From an uncultured Planctomycetia bacterium (lineage in GTDB: Bacteria > Planctomycetota > UBA8108): a stretch of DNA of 63,940 nucleotides. Position 1 is the stretch's first letter. The number at the start of each line of letters is the position of its first letter. This document shows positions 27,042 to 37,405 of the stretch, piece by piece. The DNA is taken from contig CAYMRB010000003.1 of assembly GCA_964392615.1 (NCBI GenBank), positions 1-63,940 of the forward strand. Direction: 5' to 3'. The notes below the pieces were generated by a model. It saw nothing but the letters and a program-made list of their open reading frames with translations, ran no database searches and was not told where the DNA came from. The translations under genes were made by a program, and so were the position numbers.

Positions 27042-29471
27042 TCATGGTTTCGGCGGCGCATCCCCGGCGCGAGCGCCCCAGGCCTTGTTCGGTTTGGGCC
27101 CCATGTCCAGGACGAGTCGCCCCCCGTCGAGGGCCTCTTTGGCGTAGAACCACGGTTTGTTCAGCGGCTTGCCGTTCAACTCGGCGGATTGGATGAAGAT
27201 GTTCTCCGGAGAGTTGTTCTTCACCTCGACGATGAATTGCCCGCCCTTGTGATAGTTCGGATCAAGCCGGACCACGGCGCGGTCGAACAGGGGGGACCCG
27301 ATTTCGTAGATCGGGTCGGTGCGGCAGCCGCCGTCGGTCTGGAACAAGCCCAGGGCGCTCATGACGAACCAGGCGCCGCCCTGTCCCTGGTCCTCGTCGC
27401 CAGGCCATCCGTCGACGGGGTCGTCGCCGTAGTACCGATCCATGATCGACCGGGTCCACTTCTGAGTGAGCCACGGCGCACCGGCATGGTTGAACAGGTA
27501 GGCGACCTGCATGCTCGGCTGGTTGCCGTGGTTGATGGGGACGGTGGACATCCGGTCGCCCGGCGCGTTGAAGTCGTGAACGGATGATTGCTCGAGGCCC
27601 TTATTCAGGCGCTCCACGAATCGATCGCGCCCCATGAGCTCGATCAGCCCTGGCAGGTTCTGCGGCACGAACCAGGTATACTGCCAGGGGTTGCCCTCGA
27701 CCCAGCCGCCCGCCCGGCTATAGGGATCGAATTTCTCCTGCCAGCGCCCGTCCGGGTGGCGGGCCCGCATGAACCCCGTGCCCCGGTCGAACAGATTGCG
27801 CCAGGATTCCCCGCGCCTGGCGAACCGTTCGTATTCGGGCTCCCGGCCCAACGCCCTGGCCATCTGCGCGACGCACCAGTCGTCGTAGGCGTACTCCAGC
27901 GTGTTCGACGCCCACCCCTTCCCGATGGGGACATACCCGTGTTCGAGGTAGGGCGTCAGGTCCTTGTTTCCAACGTGCCCGCCGGCCGGGTGCTTCCGCC
28001 CCGGCGTGGTCTGGCAGTGCACCATCGCTTCGAACGCCTTCTTCACATCATATCCCCGGATGCCGTGCTGGTAGGCGGCCACCATCAGGGGAATCTCGTG
28101 GGAGGCAACCATGATCGATGAATACTCGATCCCCGTCGGCCCCTTGGCCAGCCAGCCGCCCTTGTCGTAGATCTCGAGCAGAGAGCGGACCCACTTCTCC
28201 GAGACATCCGGCGTGACCAGGTTCCACAGCTGGTTCAGGTTCCAGAAGGTGTTCCAGAAGGCATCACAGCCGTATACCGGGGAGTCGGGATCGGGAAGCT
28301 GTTGCACCTTTTCGTGCATGTCCGTGTACTTCCCGTTCACGTCCGACCAGGTGGTCCGCGCGCAATACGCCCGGTACATGTTGGTGTAGAACTTCAGGCG
28401 ATCGACCTCCCGCCCTCCCTCGACTTCGACGCGGCCCAGCAGTTCGTTCCATGTTGCGCGGGCGGCAGCGCGGCAGGCGTCGAAATCCCAGCCGAACGGT
28501 TTCATCTCCGTTTCCAGGTTCAGCCGGGCCTGGTCGATGCTCACCAGTGAGATGCCGGTCTTCAGCAGGATCCGCTCGCCCTGCTTCGTTGTGAAATTCA
28601 GGCAGACGCCGGTATCGCCCTGGCCTGTGAGCTCTCGGATATCCCGCGACACCGCATTGCCGCGCCAGCCGTCCATGGCGTCGAACGCCTTGCTGGTGCG
28701 TGCCACGAAATGCAGCGTGTAGTTCTGGTAGTCCGGAATGTGGGCCCGGCTGGGCTTCTTGGCGATTCCGGCGGTCATCTCCGCGGTTCCGGCGATCTCG
28801 GTGTCACTGATCTTGACCACCTTCGCGTCGGCGACCTGCTTGCCGTACTCGGTGGGGAAGAGGAGGTCGAACAGGATGCGCGCCTCGGCGGATTCCGGGA
28901 AGGTGTAGCGTTGAAAACCCGCGCGGGTGGTACAGGTCAGCTCGGCTCGGATGCCGTAGTCGTCCAGCGTGACGGCGTAGTATCCGGGTTTCGCGGTTTC
29001 CGTGTCGTGGCGGAACCGGCTCCGGTATCCGCGGTCGGGATCGCTCTCCGTCCCCGGCTGCGTCTGCAGCTTGCCGGTGGCCGGCATGGTGAGCAGTCCG
29101 CCCATCGTCCAGGCGTGGATATGGCTGAACCCCATGATGTTCCCGATGCTGTATTCGTAGCCCGCCTTCCAGTGGCGCCGGGCCGGATCATCGCCCTGGT
29201 TGTCCGGGCTCAGCTTCACCATCCCGAACGGCATCGAGGGACCGGGGTATAACATCCATCGCGAGCTGGAACTCCCGACCAGGCAGTCCACCCAATCGAC
29301 CGGCTCGCGCATTCGTCTCGGCGCCCGGTCTGCCGTTCGTCGTTCGAGAACCGTCTCACGGAGGGGGTCGGGCGGCGCTGCCGATCCGTGACTAACGGCA
29401 GCGACGATCCATGCTCCGATCCATCCAAGAACGCTCGGCTTCATGCCCGCATCTGAGGGGAATTCGCCCAT
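27042..29471 (-). CDS. GH92-family glycoside hydrolase (putative alpha-mannosidase), secreted
   Basis: 809 aa. Signal peptide MKPSVLGWIGAWIVAAVSHGSAAP (alternative start ATG 29444). GH92-like signatures read by eye: GFSHIHAWTMGGL, YDDWCVAQMARALG, GNQPSMQVAYLFNHAGAPWLTQKW. Confidence 0.8.
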   Translation of the reverse strand: MGEFPSDAGMKPSVLGWIGAWIVAAVSHGSAAPPDPLRETVLERRTADRAPRRMREPVDWVDCLVGSSSSRWMLYPGPSMPFGMVKLSPDNQGDDPARRHWKAGYEYSIGNIMGFSHIHAWTMGGLLTMPATGKLQTQPGTESDPDRGYRSRFRHDTETAKPGYYAVTLDDYGIRAELTCTTRAGFQRYTFPESAEARILFDLLFPTEYGKQVADAKVVKISDTEIAGTAEMTAGIAKKPSRAHIPDYQNYTLHFVARTSKAFDAMDGWRGNAVSRDIRELTGQGDTGVCLNFTTKQGERILLKTGISLVSIDQARLNLETEMKPFGWDFDACRAAARATWNELLGRVEVEGGREVDRLKFYTNMYRAYCARTTWSDVNGKYTDMHEKVQQLPDPDSPVYGCDAFWNTFWNLNQLWNLVTPDVSEKWVRSLLEIYDKGGWLAKGPTGIEYSSIMVASHEIPLMVAAYQHGIRGYDVKKAFEAMVHCQTTPGRKHPAGGHVGNKDLTPYLEHGYVPIGKGWASNTLEYAYDDWCVAQMARALGREPEYERFARRGESWRNLFDRGTGFMRARHPDGRWQEKFDPYSRAGGWVEGNPWQYTWFVPQNLPGLIELMGRDRFVERLNKGLEQSSVHDFNAPGDRMSTVPINHGNQPSMQVAYLFNHAGAPWLTQKWTRSIMDRYYGDDPVDGWPGDEDQGQGGAWFVMSALGLFQTDGGCRTDPIYEIGSPLFDRAVVRLDPNYHKGGQFIVEVKNNSPENIFIQSAELNGKPLNKPWFYAKEALDGGRLVLDMGPKPNKAWGARAGDAPPKP

Positions 29472-29678
29472 GCGTCAACCATTGTCTCTCTCTCGGGCAC
29501 CGTGGGCGGACTTCCGGGCTCGTTGTTCGCGCGCTACACTGCTCGCATTCCTTCAGCCGCGATGGGCGCCGTCGAGCTACCGCGCTATTTGGCGTGAACA
29601 CGCCCGGCGTCGCACGAAGAATGCTCTCTTGACTTCCAGCGAGACACGCACATCACCAACGTGGGAAGGAGGCCTCGC

Positions 29679-30488
29679 ATGGCGAATCGCGGACAGAACG
29701 GCTGGAATGCAAGTGACTATGCGGCCAACTCTGTCGCTCAAGCGGCGTGGGCGACAGAGCTGCTCGGGCGCCTGGACCTGAGAGCCCACGACTCAGTGGT
29801 GGATCTGGGCTGTGGCGATGGGGCTGTCACTGCCGAGATCGCGCACCGAGTCCCGGATGGCTTTGTCTGCGGAGTCGATTCGTCCCCCGATATGATCGCC
29901 TATGCCCGGAGCACTTATTCGTCTTCGAAGATTCCCAATCTGGCCTTTCACCACCAGGATATTTCTTCTCTGAGCCTGCCAGAGAAGTTCGACGTTGCCT
30001 TCTCGAACGCCGCCTTGCACTGGGTCCAAGACCAAGCCGCTCTTCTCACTCAGCTCGCGACTTGTCTGAACCCGGGCGCACGAGTCTGCTTCTCCTGTGG
30101 CGGCATTGGGAACGCTGCGGCCGTCCTCGCCGCCGTGGAAGCGACCACCCAGGACCCTGTCTGGTCCGGCGCTTTCGACGAGTTCACGTGTCCTTACCAC
30201 TTCCACGATAGCGCCGAGTATCGCCGTTGGCTCGAGCAGGCGGGCTATAGCGTCATTCGAGTGGATCTTGTCCACAAGGATATGGCCCACGCAAGCCCTG
30301 AGGGGTTCCGCGCCTGGCTCCGGACCACGTGGCATCCGTACACGGACTGTCTCCCTGAGACCGAGCGTGAGCGATTCATCAGTGCCGTGACGGCCCGCTA
30401 CCTCGACAGCCACCCGACAGACTCGAACGGTCGAGCCCATGTCGCCATGGTTCGTCTCGAGGTCGAAGCCACCTTGACAGCCCGCTGA
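29679..30488 (+). CDS. Class I SAM-dependent methyltransferase (trans-aconitate methyltransferase-like)
   Basis: AAGGAGG lies 6 nt upstream of ATG 29679; the listed ORF start, GTG 29661, overlaps that SD. SAM motif I VVDLGCGDG. Tam-like length and layout. Confidence 0.8.
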   Translation: MANRGQNGWNASDYAANSVAQAAWATELLGRLDLRAHDSVVDLGCGDGAVTAEIAHRVPDGFVCGVDSSPDMIAYARSTYSSSKIPNLAFHHQDISSLSLPEKFDVAFSNAALHWVQDQAALLTQLATCLNPGARVCFSCGGIGNAAAVLAAVEATTQDPVWSGAFDEFTCPYHFHDSAEYRRWLEQAGYSVIRVDLVHKDMAHASPEGFRAWLRTTWHPYTDCLPETERERFISAVTARYLDSHPTDSNGRAHVAMVRLEVEATLTAR

Positions 30489-30638
30489 ACAAGCCCATCC
30501 GGCGCGATGGCGGCCATTTCGCCCCGGCTCTTCGTTGTCAGAACTCGACAATGCACCAACCGGCGTACCCGTGAGGCTCGCCGCATGAGCGCGGCTCGAG
30601 TACGCGGGCGCGGTAGGCAGCTAGTTGCCCACGTCCGC

Positions 30639-31907
30639 TCAGGAACTCAGAAACCGTAGCCACTCCTTCTCAGCCTCGTCGAGGCGCGTGCCGTAGACCG
30701 CCTCGAAGCGGCGCGGCAGCGCTTTCACTGGGTCCTCGGCGGCCGGCAGGACGTAGAGCGCCTTGAACTTCTTCATGCCCCAACGCTCGACGAGGAACCC
30801 GACGAAGGACCCCGACTCTCCGTAGGTGACCAGCTCGGGAAGGGCGCGGAATCGCCGCAGGTCGACGAGCTCCGCGATCGGCAGCAGGCGCCCGTCGGCC
30901 TTCAGGGACCTCGCGAAGGAGTGGACGGGCTTTCCCTGCCACGCCCCCGAGAGGTAGACGGCGATCCCCTCGCCGAGGAGGGCTGTCGACGTCGGGCCGA
31001 GCTTCTCGTTCAGCAGCACGTGGACGACTTCGTGACGGTCGGACCAGAAGATCGAGTGGATTTCGGCGCCCTCGACGTGCGCGTTGCCACGGTTGCCGGT
31101 GACCTCGCCCTTGCGCTCGTTCGAGGTGTACTTGTAGAAGGCGATCTTGTCGGGGTACTCGAGGCCGAGCAGTTTCTCCAAGCGCGCCAGGTTACGGTCG
31201 TTGCCGGCCAGTGCGCGCTGCGGCGGCCGCTGGCGGGTCTCCCAGAAGTACCTGAATCGCTTCGACTCCCCGCGAACCCAGTCGATGCGCTGTTCCTGGA
31301 GCTCCACACTGTCGAACCACGCCGTCCCGGAGCACGACAGGAAGCAGCCGACCACCGCCGTCGCTGCACGCGGGGGGGCGCGCACGAGCCGCTCGACCTC
31401 TCGCCAGTCACGTGTTCCGAGGAGCACTTCCGTCCCCTGCACCGGATAGCCGCCGATGCGGATCACCCGACCCCGGCGGTCGCGGAACTGGACGAAGAGG
31501 TTCGAGTTCACGTACTGGCGGCCGAACTTCTCGACGTCCACGGTTCGCATCTTGCCCGCGAGCCGGAGGCGTGCGCCGGGCTTCACCTGGACCGCCTTGG
31601 ACTGAAGCGAGCAGAAGACTCGATCGTCGTCCTCGACGGCGATGCGAAGGCTTCGCGTGCCGTCGGCCTTGACGGCATGGTCGAGGGCGAGCTCGGAGCT
31701 GGAGCCGACCCCGATGCGCGCACCGACGTCCTGCGACCAGCCGTTCGGCAGGCCCTTACCCGCTTCGAAGGAGGGGTTCGCGAGCAGGTTCTCAGACCAT
31801 ATGCCGTCGCCCGCCGCAGCTGGGGAGACGGCGACCGAGATCGAGAGGCCGGCGACGGCAAGGGCCATCGCGACACGGTGGAGACGTCGCGAGGGGAGCG
31901 TGAGCAT
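30639..31907 (-). CDS. Secreted CBM-like + MA-clan peptidase-like (HExxH) protein
   Basis: ORF 30639..32060 trimmed to ATG 31905-31907 (MLTLPSRRLHRVAMALAVAGLSISVAVSPAAA, a signal peptide). CBM4/9-like start LLANPSFEAGKGLPNGWS. HEVVH motif with a downstream GEGIAVY. Confidence 0.6.
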   Translation of the reverse strand: MLTLPSRRLHRVAMALAVAGLSISVAVSPAAAGDGIWSENLLANPSFEAGKGLPNGWSQDVGARIGVGSSSELALDHAVKADGTRSLRIAVEDDDRVFCSLQSKAVQVKPGARLRLAGKMRTVDVEKFGRQYVNSNLFVQFRDRRGRVIRIGGYPVQGTEVLLGTRDWREVERLVRAPPRAATAVVGCFLSCSGTAWFDSVELQEQRIDWVRGESKRFRYFWETRQRPPQRALAGNDRNLARLEKLLGLEYPDKIAFYKYTSNERKGEVTGNRGNAHVEGAEIHSIFWSDRHEVVHVLLNEKLGPTSTALLGEGIAVYLSGAWQGKPVHSFARSLKADGRLLPIAELVDLRRFRALPELVTYGESGSFVGFLVERWGMKKFKALYVLPAAEDPVKALPRRFEAVYGTRLDEAEKEWLRFLSS

Positions 31908-32113
31908 GGCGCGTAGATCCGATCGGCGGGAAAGATCGATCGCGTCCATTGTGACCGAGGCGTTCGCCATACGAAAGGACGGCTGCCGACGGCAGACCGC
32001 GCGGACGACGAAGCGGATCGTCATGCGCGGACGAAAAAGATCGCGACGGCCTGTCGACACGTCGTAGAGGTGAACGACTCCCGGTCACCGCTCACCATGC
32101 GCTTGTCTTGAAG

Positions 32114-35100
32114 CTAATTGTGCCAATCGGGGGCCCGGCGGCTGGTCGCCTCCTCGAACGTCGGCGCTCGCCGGAATCCGAGATGTGCCTTGTGGGCGCT
32201 GTGATGCCGACCGTAGTACGTACCGTAGAATTGATAGTTGCTGTCCACCCAACGAATGACCTTCAACAGATCGGCCTGCGACAACAACCGGTGGTGCGGG
32301 TCACGGACGTTCGCGGTCCGTAGCGTCGACACCAGGACACTCGTGTGTGAACCGAGGCTCTTGGGCGGAAGGTAACTACCGTAGCGGTTGGCATGGTCGG
32401 CCCCGGTGTGATGCACGAATTCGGCAATGATCGGACCTGCCAGTTCCCGACGGCGAATCTGTTCGTAGGAGATGTTGTGAAAGACCGTGATGGTCCCGAC
32501 AAGGCTCAAGCCGGCGTCCGGTTCCGAAGCGCCGTGGCACGAGACACACTTGGCGTCAAGGATCGGCTGTATATCGGACGGATAGTGGATCACCTGGCGC
32601 GGATCGGTTTCACCCGGCTGGGGGGCCGGTCTGCTCGGCGCGCGTCCTAACGCGAGCGGCGCATTGTTGGCCGAAGCCTGCGGTGCCTTGCCAGAGCGTT
32701 CGTGGCAGCCGATACATGTTCGAGTCTCGCCCGGCCGGTAGTTGACGTAGGTCCGCTCCCGCTGGACTTCCATGTAGTTCTCGTCCAGAGCCTGGAAGAA
32801 GAGATTCCGGTCGGCGGGCACGATGAAGTGGGCGGAGCCGTCTTCCTCGACAGGCACGATCCCCCACTGCACGCGAGGCCACAACGCCGCCGACCACTGC
32901 GCGCTATGATAGTTCGGGCTCCACTTGCGCTTGGTGTCCCAGTACTGGGGGACCGCTTCGTTGATCCGCAGATAGCGTATCGAACCGGGTTCAACTCCCT
33001 CCATGCCTTTATAGACGTCTATGACAACGCACCGAGCCTCGTCTCTCTCCAGCAGGTCTGCGGAACGAGACGAAGGGATCACGTCCGGCACCTCTCGGGC
33101 AGACAACGGGGTGGGATGCCAGCAAGACACGGTGCCGTCCTCATCTTCATGGATGAACGCCTTGCTGCCCGACGTGTCGATCACGTAGAGCCCGTAGGCG
33201 CCGGCCGCCATGTAATGGTCCGCCGCGTTCTCCTTGTGCGAGACCAGGAACCGTCCCTCGCCGAGAGGGTAGGGATGCGCATAGAGCAGGCCGCCGATGC
33301 CGTTGACGTTGACGACCCGGGAGTTGGTGCCGGCGAAGAGCCAGCCGCCCTGATTCGGTGCCACTTCGACTTCTGGCGTGAGATTCGTCAGGGGGGCGGA
33401 GGTACGAGGGTCCTCCGTCAGGTCGATGAGCTTGATCGGCCCCACGCTGTTTCCCTGCGGGTAATGTGGACCCACGGCGCAGACGATCAGCGGATCGTCG
33501 CCGGGTACCGGCTGGGGATACATGAAGGCACCTGTCGCGTACTCCGAATCGGATAGCCCGAATAGCTCTTCGCTCTTCGAACCGTCGGGATTCATGGCCC
33601 AGAACGTCTTTCCCACCCGCGCGCCCTTGTCGACGTACTCCCAGCGGTGATAGAGGATTCGGCCGTCATCGAGAACCGCGGGGCTGAATTCGCTGACGGG
33701 ACTCCGCGTCAGCTGCGTGATATTGCCGCCGTCGGCGTCCATGCGGTGGAGAACAACTGTTACCACGTTGGGCTGCGTGAAACAGAGGATGCCGTGCTCG
33801 CAACGCGAGGAAGTGAACACGATCCCGCCGTCCGGTAGGTAGCAGGGGTGCATGTCGTCCGTGTGAAAACCAGGGATGCCGTACCGGGCCACCTTGGCCG
33901 CCTCGTCTGCCGGCGGGAACGTCAACTGACGCAGATCGGTCCCGTCGATGTTCACATCCCAGATCCGGAATCCCGACGAGGTATCTTGCCGGTGATCAAA
34001 GACGACTCGCTTGGCATCGAAGGAGAGACTGATCTTGCCGATCACCCCCGTTCCGCCCGGCATGTTCGCGGCGGTGACCACCGGCCGCGCCCGGCTCGTC
34101 CGCAGATCGTAGATATAGATTCCGTTCTCGGCGAGGAACCGGTCGGCACTGGTCCCGTTGTTCACCACGGAATAGTTGTGGTCTGACGAATAGGGCTTTC
34201 GCTTGACGAATACGATCGCGTCGACCCCGAGGGTCTGCGGCCGAATCCTCGTCCGGAACGACCAGATTCGCCCCGGGATCGCCTTGCCATCGATGATCGG
34301 GTCGACGCGCCAGAAGTACTTGGCGCCTTCAGCAAGGGCCGAACTGAGCGCGAATTGCGTATTCGTGGTGTCACCATCGGCGTCGGACGCGGTCACGCTC
34401 AGTGATGCATCCCCGGCGGCGACCTCGCGGCGATCGCGGCCCAAGTACACTTCGTAACCGGAGGGCGAAAACAAGTCGGGCTTCGTCCAGGACAGGACCC
34501 GGTCACGTCGGGCGATCGTCTGCATGTTCGCTGGAACCGGGTCGACCGCGACCGGGCTCTTGCCCGTCACCTGGATGTACGACAGGCCCGGCGCGTTCTT
34601 GGTGTACGGATCTCGTCCCCAGCGGCTGCCGATGTCGATGCCTACATAGCGGATGCCGGTCTGCCCGGTCACATCAAACACGTTGGTCGGGCCAATATCG
34701 CCAACCGGGGCAACGGTGGACGGGCCCGCGACCAGCTCACCAGCCCAAACTCGCGTCCACCCCGTGGCCGAGGCAAACGCGGCCGTACCCTCACCGGTAG
34801 GCTTTCCGGTTTCCGGAAGAGCCGCGCCGTCGGGAGCAACCCAGAGGGAACAGGCCTTCACGCCGCGCCCCATCAGTTCCGGAATCCCCGGCCCGGCGTC
34901 TTCGTGGTAGTTCCAGACACGAATCTCGTCGAGGTTGCACGGCGCCCCCAGGTCGACGTAGACCCAGTTGTCGTGGGTGGGCAACCTGTCGTCGGCAAGC
35001 CAGTTCCCTCCCCACGCGATCGGGACATGCCGGTTGGAGGCACTTAGACGCACGGGGTCGATCAGGTGTCGCGGCCCGACCGACGAGGTGTACTCCGTGT

Positions 35101-35200
35101 TTGCCACGGCCGAGGCGGGGGTGAGGATCTGGGCACCGGCAGCAGGGGCCAGAAGCGCCATCAGAAAGGTCGCCATCAACAAGACTCCGACCCTCGTCAT
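32114..35200 (-). CDS. Secreted discoidin-domain / beta-propeller protein with two C-terminal CxxCH motifs (PSCyt-type)
   Basis: ORF trimmed to ATG 35198-35200 (MTRVGVLLMATFLMALLAPAAGA). F5/8 type C-like N-terminal domain (NWVYVDLGAPCNLDEIRVWNY). Central PD40/TolB-like region. CIGCH at 32702-32716. CVSCH at 32534-32548, in the context IQPILDAKCVSCHG typical of planctomycete cytochrome c domains. Confidence 0.7.
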   Translation of the reverse strand: MTRVGVLLMATFLMALLAPAAGAQILTPASAVANTEYTSSVGPRHLIDPVRLSASNRHVPIAWGGNWLADDRLPTHDNWVYVDLGAPCNLDEIRVWNYHEDAGPGIPELMGRGVKACSLWVAPDGAALPETGKPTGEGTAAFASATGWTRVWAGELVAGPSTVAPVGDIGPTNVFDVTGQTGIRYVGIDIGSRWGRDPYTKNAPGLSYIQVTGKSPVAVDPVPANMQTIARRDRVLSWTKPDLFSPSGYEVYLGRDRREVAAGDASLSVTASDADGDTTNTQFALSSALAEGAKYFWRVDPIIDGKAIPGRIWSFRTRIRPQTLGVDAIVFVKRKPYSSDHNYSVVNNGTSADRFLAENGIYIYDLRTSRARPVVTAANMPGGTGVIGKISLSFDAKRVVFDHRQDTSSGFRIWDVNIDGTDLRQLTFPPADEAAKVARYGIPGFHTDDMHPCYLPDGGIVFTSSRCEHGILCFTQPNVVTVVLHRMDADGGNITQLTRSPVSEFSPAVLDDGRILYHRWEYVDKGARVGKTFWAMNPDGSKSEELFGLSDSEYATGAFMYPQPVPGDDPLIVCAVGPHYPQGNSVGPIKLIDLTEDPRTSAPLTNLTPEVEVAPNQGGWLFAGTNSRVVNVNGIGGLLYAHPYPLGEGRFLVSHKENAADHYMAAGAYGLYVIDTSGSKAFIHEDEDGTVSCWHPTPLSAREVPDVIPSSRSADLLERDEARCVVIDVYKGMEGVEPGSIRYLRINEAVPQYWDTKRKWSPNYHSAQWSAALWPRVQWGIVPVEEDGSAHFIVPADRNLFFQALDENYMEVQRERTYVNYRPGETRTCIGCHERSGKAPQASANNAPLALGRAPSRPAPQPGETDPRQVIHYPSDIQPILDAKCVSCHGASEPDAGLSLVGTITVFHNISYEQIRRRELAGPIIAEFVHHTGADHANRYGSYLPPKSLGSHTSVLVSTLRTANVRDPHHRLLSQADLLKVIRWVDSNYQFYGTYYGRHHSAHKAHLGFRRAPTFEEATSRRAPDWHN

Positions 35201-35752
35201 CGCGGTCTCCCGTTTCGTCCTCGCCACGCTCTTCCTCTCGTCTTCCTGATCGCCCCTTCTTCTGCCGCCAAGATTCCTTTTCTTCAGCTGAACTCGACGA
35301 GTGAAGTTGTGGGCCATCTTTGCCTTCTCAGGGCCGTCTCCACAGGATTCTCCATCGGCGCCAGCATAAACGCCGGGAGCCAACGGTGGCGAGCCTGACG
35401 ATCGGCAGCTCCTTGCTCCCCCTCATGGTACCGAACGACGAGTTCGGGTGCTTCCTCCATCCGCTGTTGTCAGGCACCTGCGCGACGCGGACCACGAGCA
35501 CGATCGAACACGAGGTGCTGGTCCCGCGCTGCCGGAGTTCCGCGCCGCCCTCATCCGTGACGAGGGGGGCGAGCAGAGGCGCGCGATCGTCGCGGTCGTC
35601 GGCTCGGGCACCGTCGCCGGAGGTCGGGGGCGCCGAACACGTGGCGGTCGCAGTGCCGCGAAGTGCAGCTGCCATCAGAAAGTCGGCTTGCGTGACGGTC
35701 GATCGTTCAGTCCGTACACTGGAGGCTTCCCGACACGACCTGAGGAAGACCG

Positions 35753-36910
35753 ATGCTACGAGACGCCACTTCAATACCACCCTGGGCGGCCGCGGCCCGC
35801 ATCTTCGTATCGTTGTTGTTTCTCCTGGTGACAGAGCCCGGGAGATGCGGTGAAACGCTTTGTTTTCGCCCTCTGGGCCGGCCCACCGCGGAGAAGGCAG
35901 AAGCCGCGCGGGGCATCCACGAGTTGATGCTCCATGACCGTCGGCTGTATCTGGGCCACGGGGATTGGAGTAGGAATACGGGTCCAACGGACGTGATCTA
36001 CTTCGACTTGGCTCGTCGGAGTTTCGTCAAGGAGTTTACGGCCGACGAGGAGTCCATCGTCCGGTATCGGCGGTACGCGAATCGCCTGTATCTGCCCGGC
36101 CTGGACTCCACCGAGAGCTGGGAGTTCGGCAACCTGTACGTTCGTGAAGCGACGGGTTGGCGGAAGTACCGGACAATCCCTCGCGGTTTGCATGTCTTCG
36201 ACTTCGCAGAATTCGCCGGCCGGTGGTACGTGGCCACCGGCAGCAACTTCGGCGATCTCGCGACAGGACCGGCGATCGGTGCGATCTACTTGTCCGAAGA
36301 TCAAGGGACGACCTGGCGGTACGAGTACACGACGTCTTCGGCACGTGGCGCCGTCCACCGGTTGAACGCCTTGATGCCGTACAAGGGTCGCTTGTTCGCG
36401 TTCGGGTACGTCGACGGCCGGGTCGCCCGAGACTCGGTACCGCAGCAGTACCGCTCCGGCGACGGCCCGCAGCCTCGTCGGGCTGGAGAGTCGTTCGTCT
36501 TCGACGGCGTCGCGTGGTCCCGGGTCGACATCGTGCCGATCACGCTCGTCCAGACGATAGAGCCTCTTGTCTTCGCCGACCAGCTGTTGCTATGGGTACA
36601 CCGCGGTCACTATGGTCACGAGATGAGGGACGGGTGGCTCTTGTTCGCCCACGACGGCAAGGACACACGCCGCGTGCCGCTGGAGTGCGATCGGATCGTG
36701 GACGCGCTGGCCAAGCACGATCGGCTGATCCTGCTCCTGACGCGTCAGGGGAAGCACGTGCTGGCGGAATCGACGGATCTCGTCCACTGGACGTATCGCG
36801 GCATCGGTGCGGAGATCGAGCAGCCACTTTCCATCGAGTGCGACGGCACGTCGTACTTCCTGGGCCTTGCGGACGGTACCGTGCTGGCTGCGGCGAGTTC
36901 CAGCGACTGA
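35753..36910 (+). CDS. Hypothetical secreted protein, possibly beta-propeller
   Basis: 385 aa with a signal-like N-terminus (AAARIFVSLLFLLVTEPGRC). Repeated strand-like segments. No family recognised. Confidence 0.55.
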   Translation: MLRDATSIPPWAAAARIFVSLLFLLVTEPGRCGETLCFRPLGRPTAEKAEAARGIHELMLHDRRLYLGHGDWSRNTGPTDVIYFDLARRSFVKEFTADEESIVRYRRYANRLYLPGLDSTESWEFGNLYVREATGWRKYRTIPRGLHVFDFAEFAGRWYVATGSNFGDLATGPAIGAIYLSEDQGTTWRYEYTTSSARGAVHRLNALMPYKGRLFAFGYVDGRVARDSVPQQYRSGDGPQPRRAGESFVFDGVAWSRVDIVPITLVQTIEPLVFADQLLLWVHRGHYGHEMRDGWLLFAHDGKDTRRVPLECDRIVDALAKHDRLILLLTRQGKHVLAESTDLVHWTYRGIGAEIEQPLSIECDGTSYFLGLADGTVLAAASSSD

Positions 36911-37136
36911 TGCCGTTGCGACGAGTCGCGATCTCCTCGCGGCGCTCGTCCTCGACGACGGTACGTGTAGCTACGAGTTCACCGACAAGAGACGGAAGCC
37001 AACCGAACGCGGCATCCTCCTCTACGACCGCGAATCGCACCACCACAACGGTGTACGCATGGTTCTCTTCACGGACGGACGAAGCGATGTCACGGGGCGG
37101 TCTCGTCGGGATCGCCGGTTCGCCCCGCCTCGTTGA

Positions 37137-37405
37137 CGGCTCCACTCGAACCGAGTCTTCAAGACGACCATTCGGCCGCACTGGTTCGCGGACGGCGACC
37201 GGTTCTGGTACTGCAACGACCTGCGCGATGGCGTTCGCGAGTACATCGTTGTCGACGCGGTTCGGGGAGCGCGCGAGGCGGCGTTCCGGGTGCGGGCCAC
37301 AGCAGCGGCGGCTCGTATGGGCAGCGCCGCATGGAGGACTTCTTCGTCCGGCATCTGCAGGGAGTCGAGCCGCCTCAACGCAACGCGCCCGCGGCCGGGC
37401 ACTGA
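37137..37405 (+). pseudogene. Deletion remnant of an S9 (DPP-IV/prolyl oligopeptidase-like) peptidase gene
   Basis: Frame A (37137-~37285) reads [45 protein letters not shown], which is like S9 N-termini (rPnWi.dg..FWYr....g.eFvlVDa..G.r..aF). Frame B (~37330-37405) reads [15 protein letters not shown], which is like S9 C-termini. Roughly 600-700 aa between the two are missing. Confidence 0.4.
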
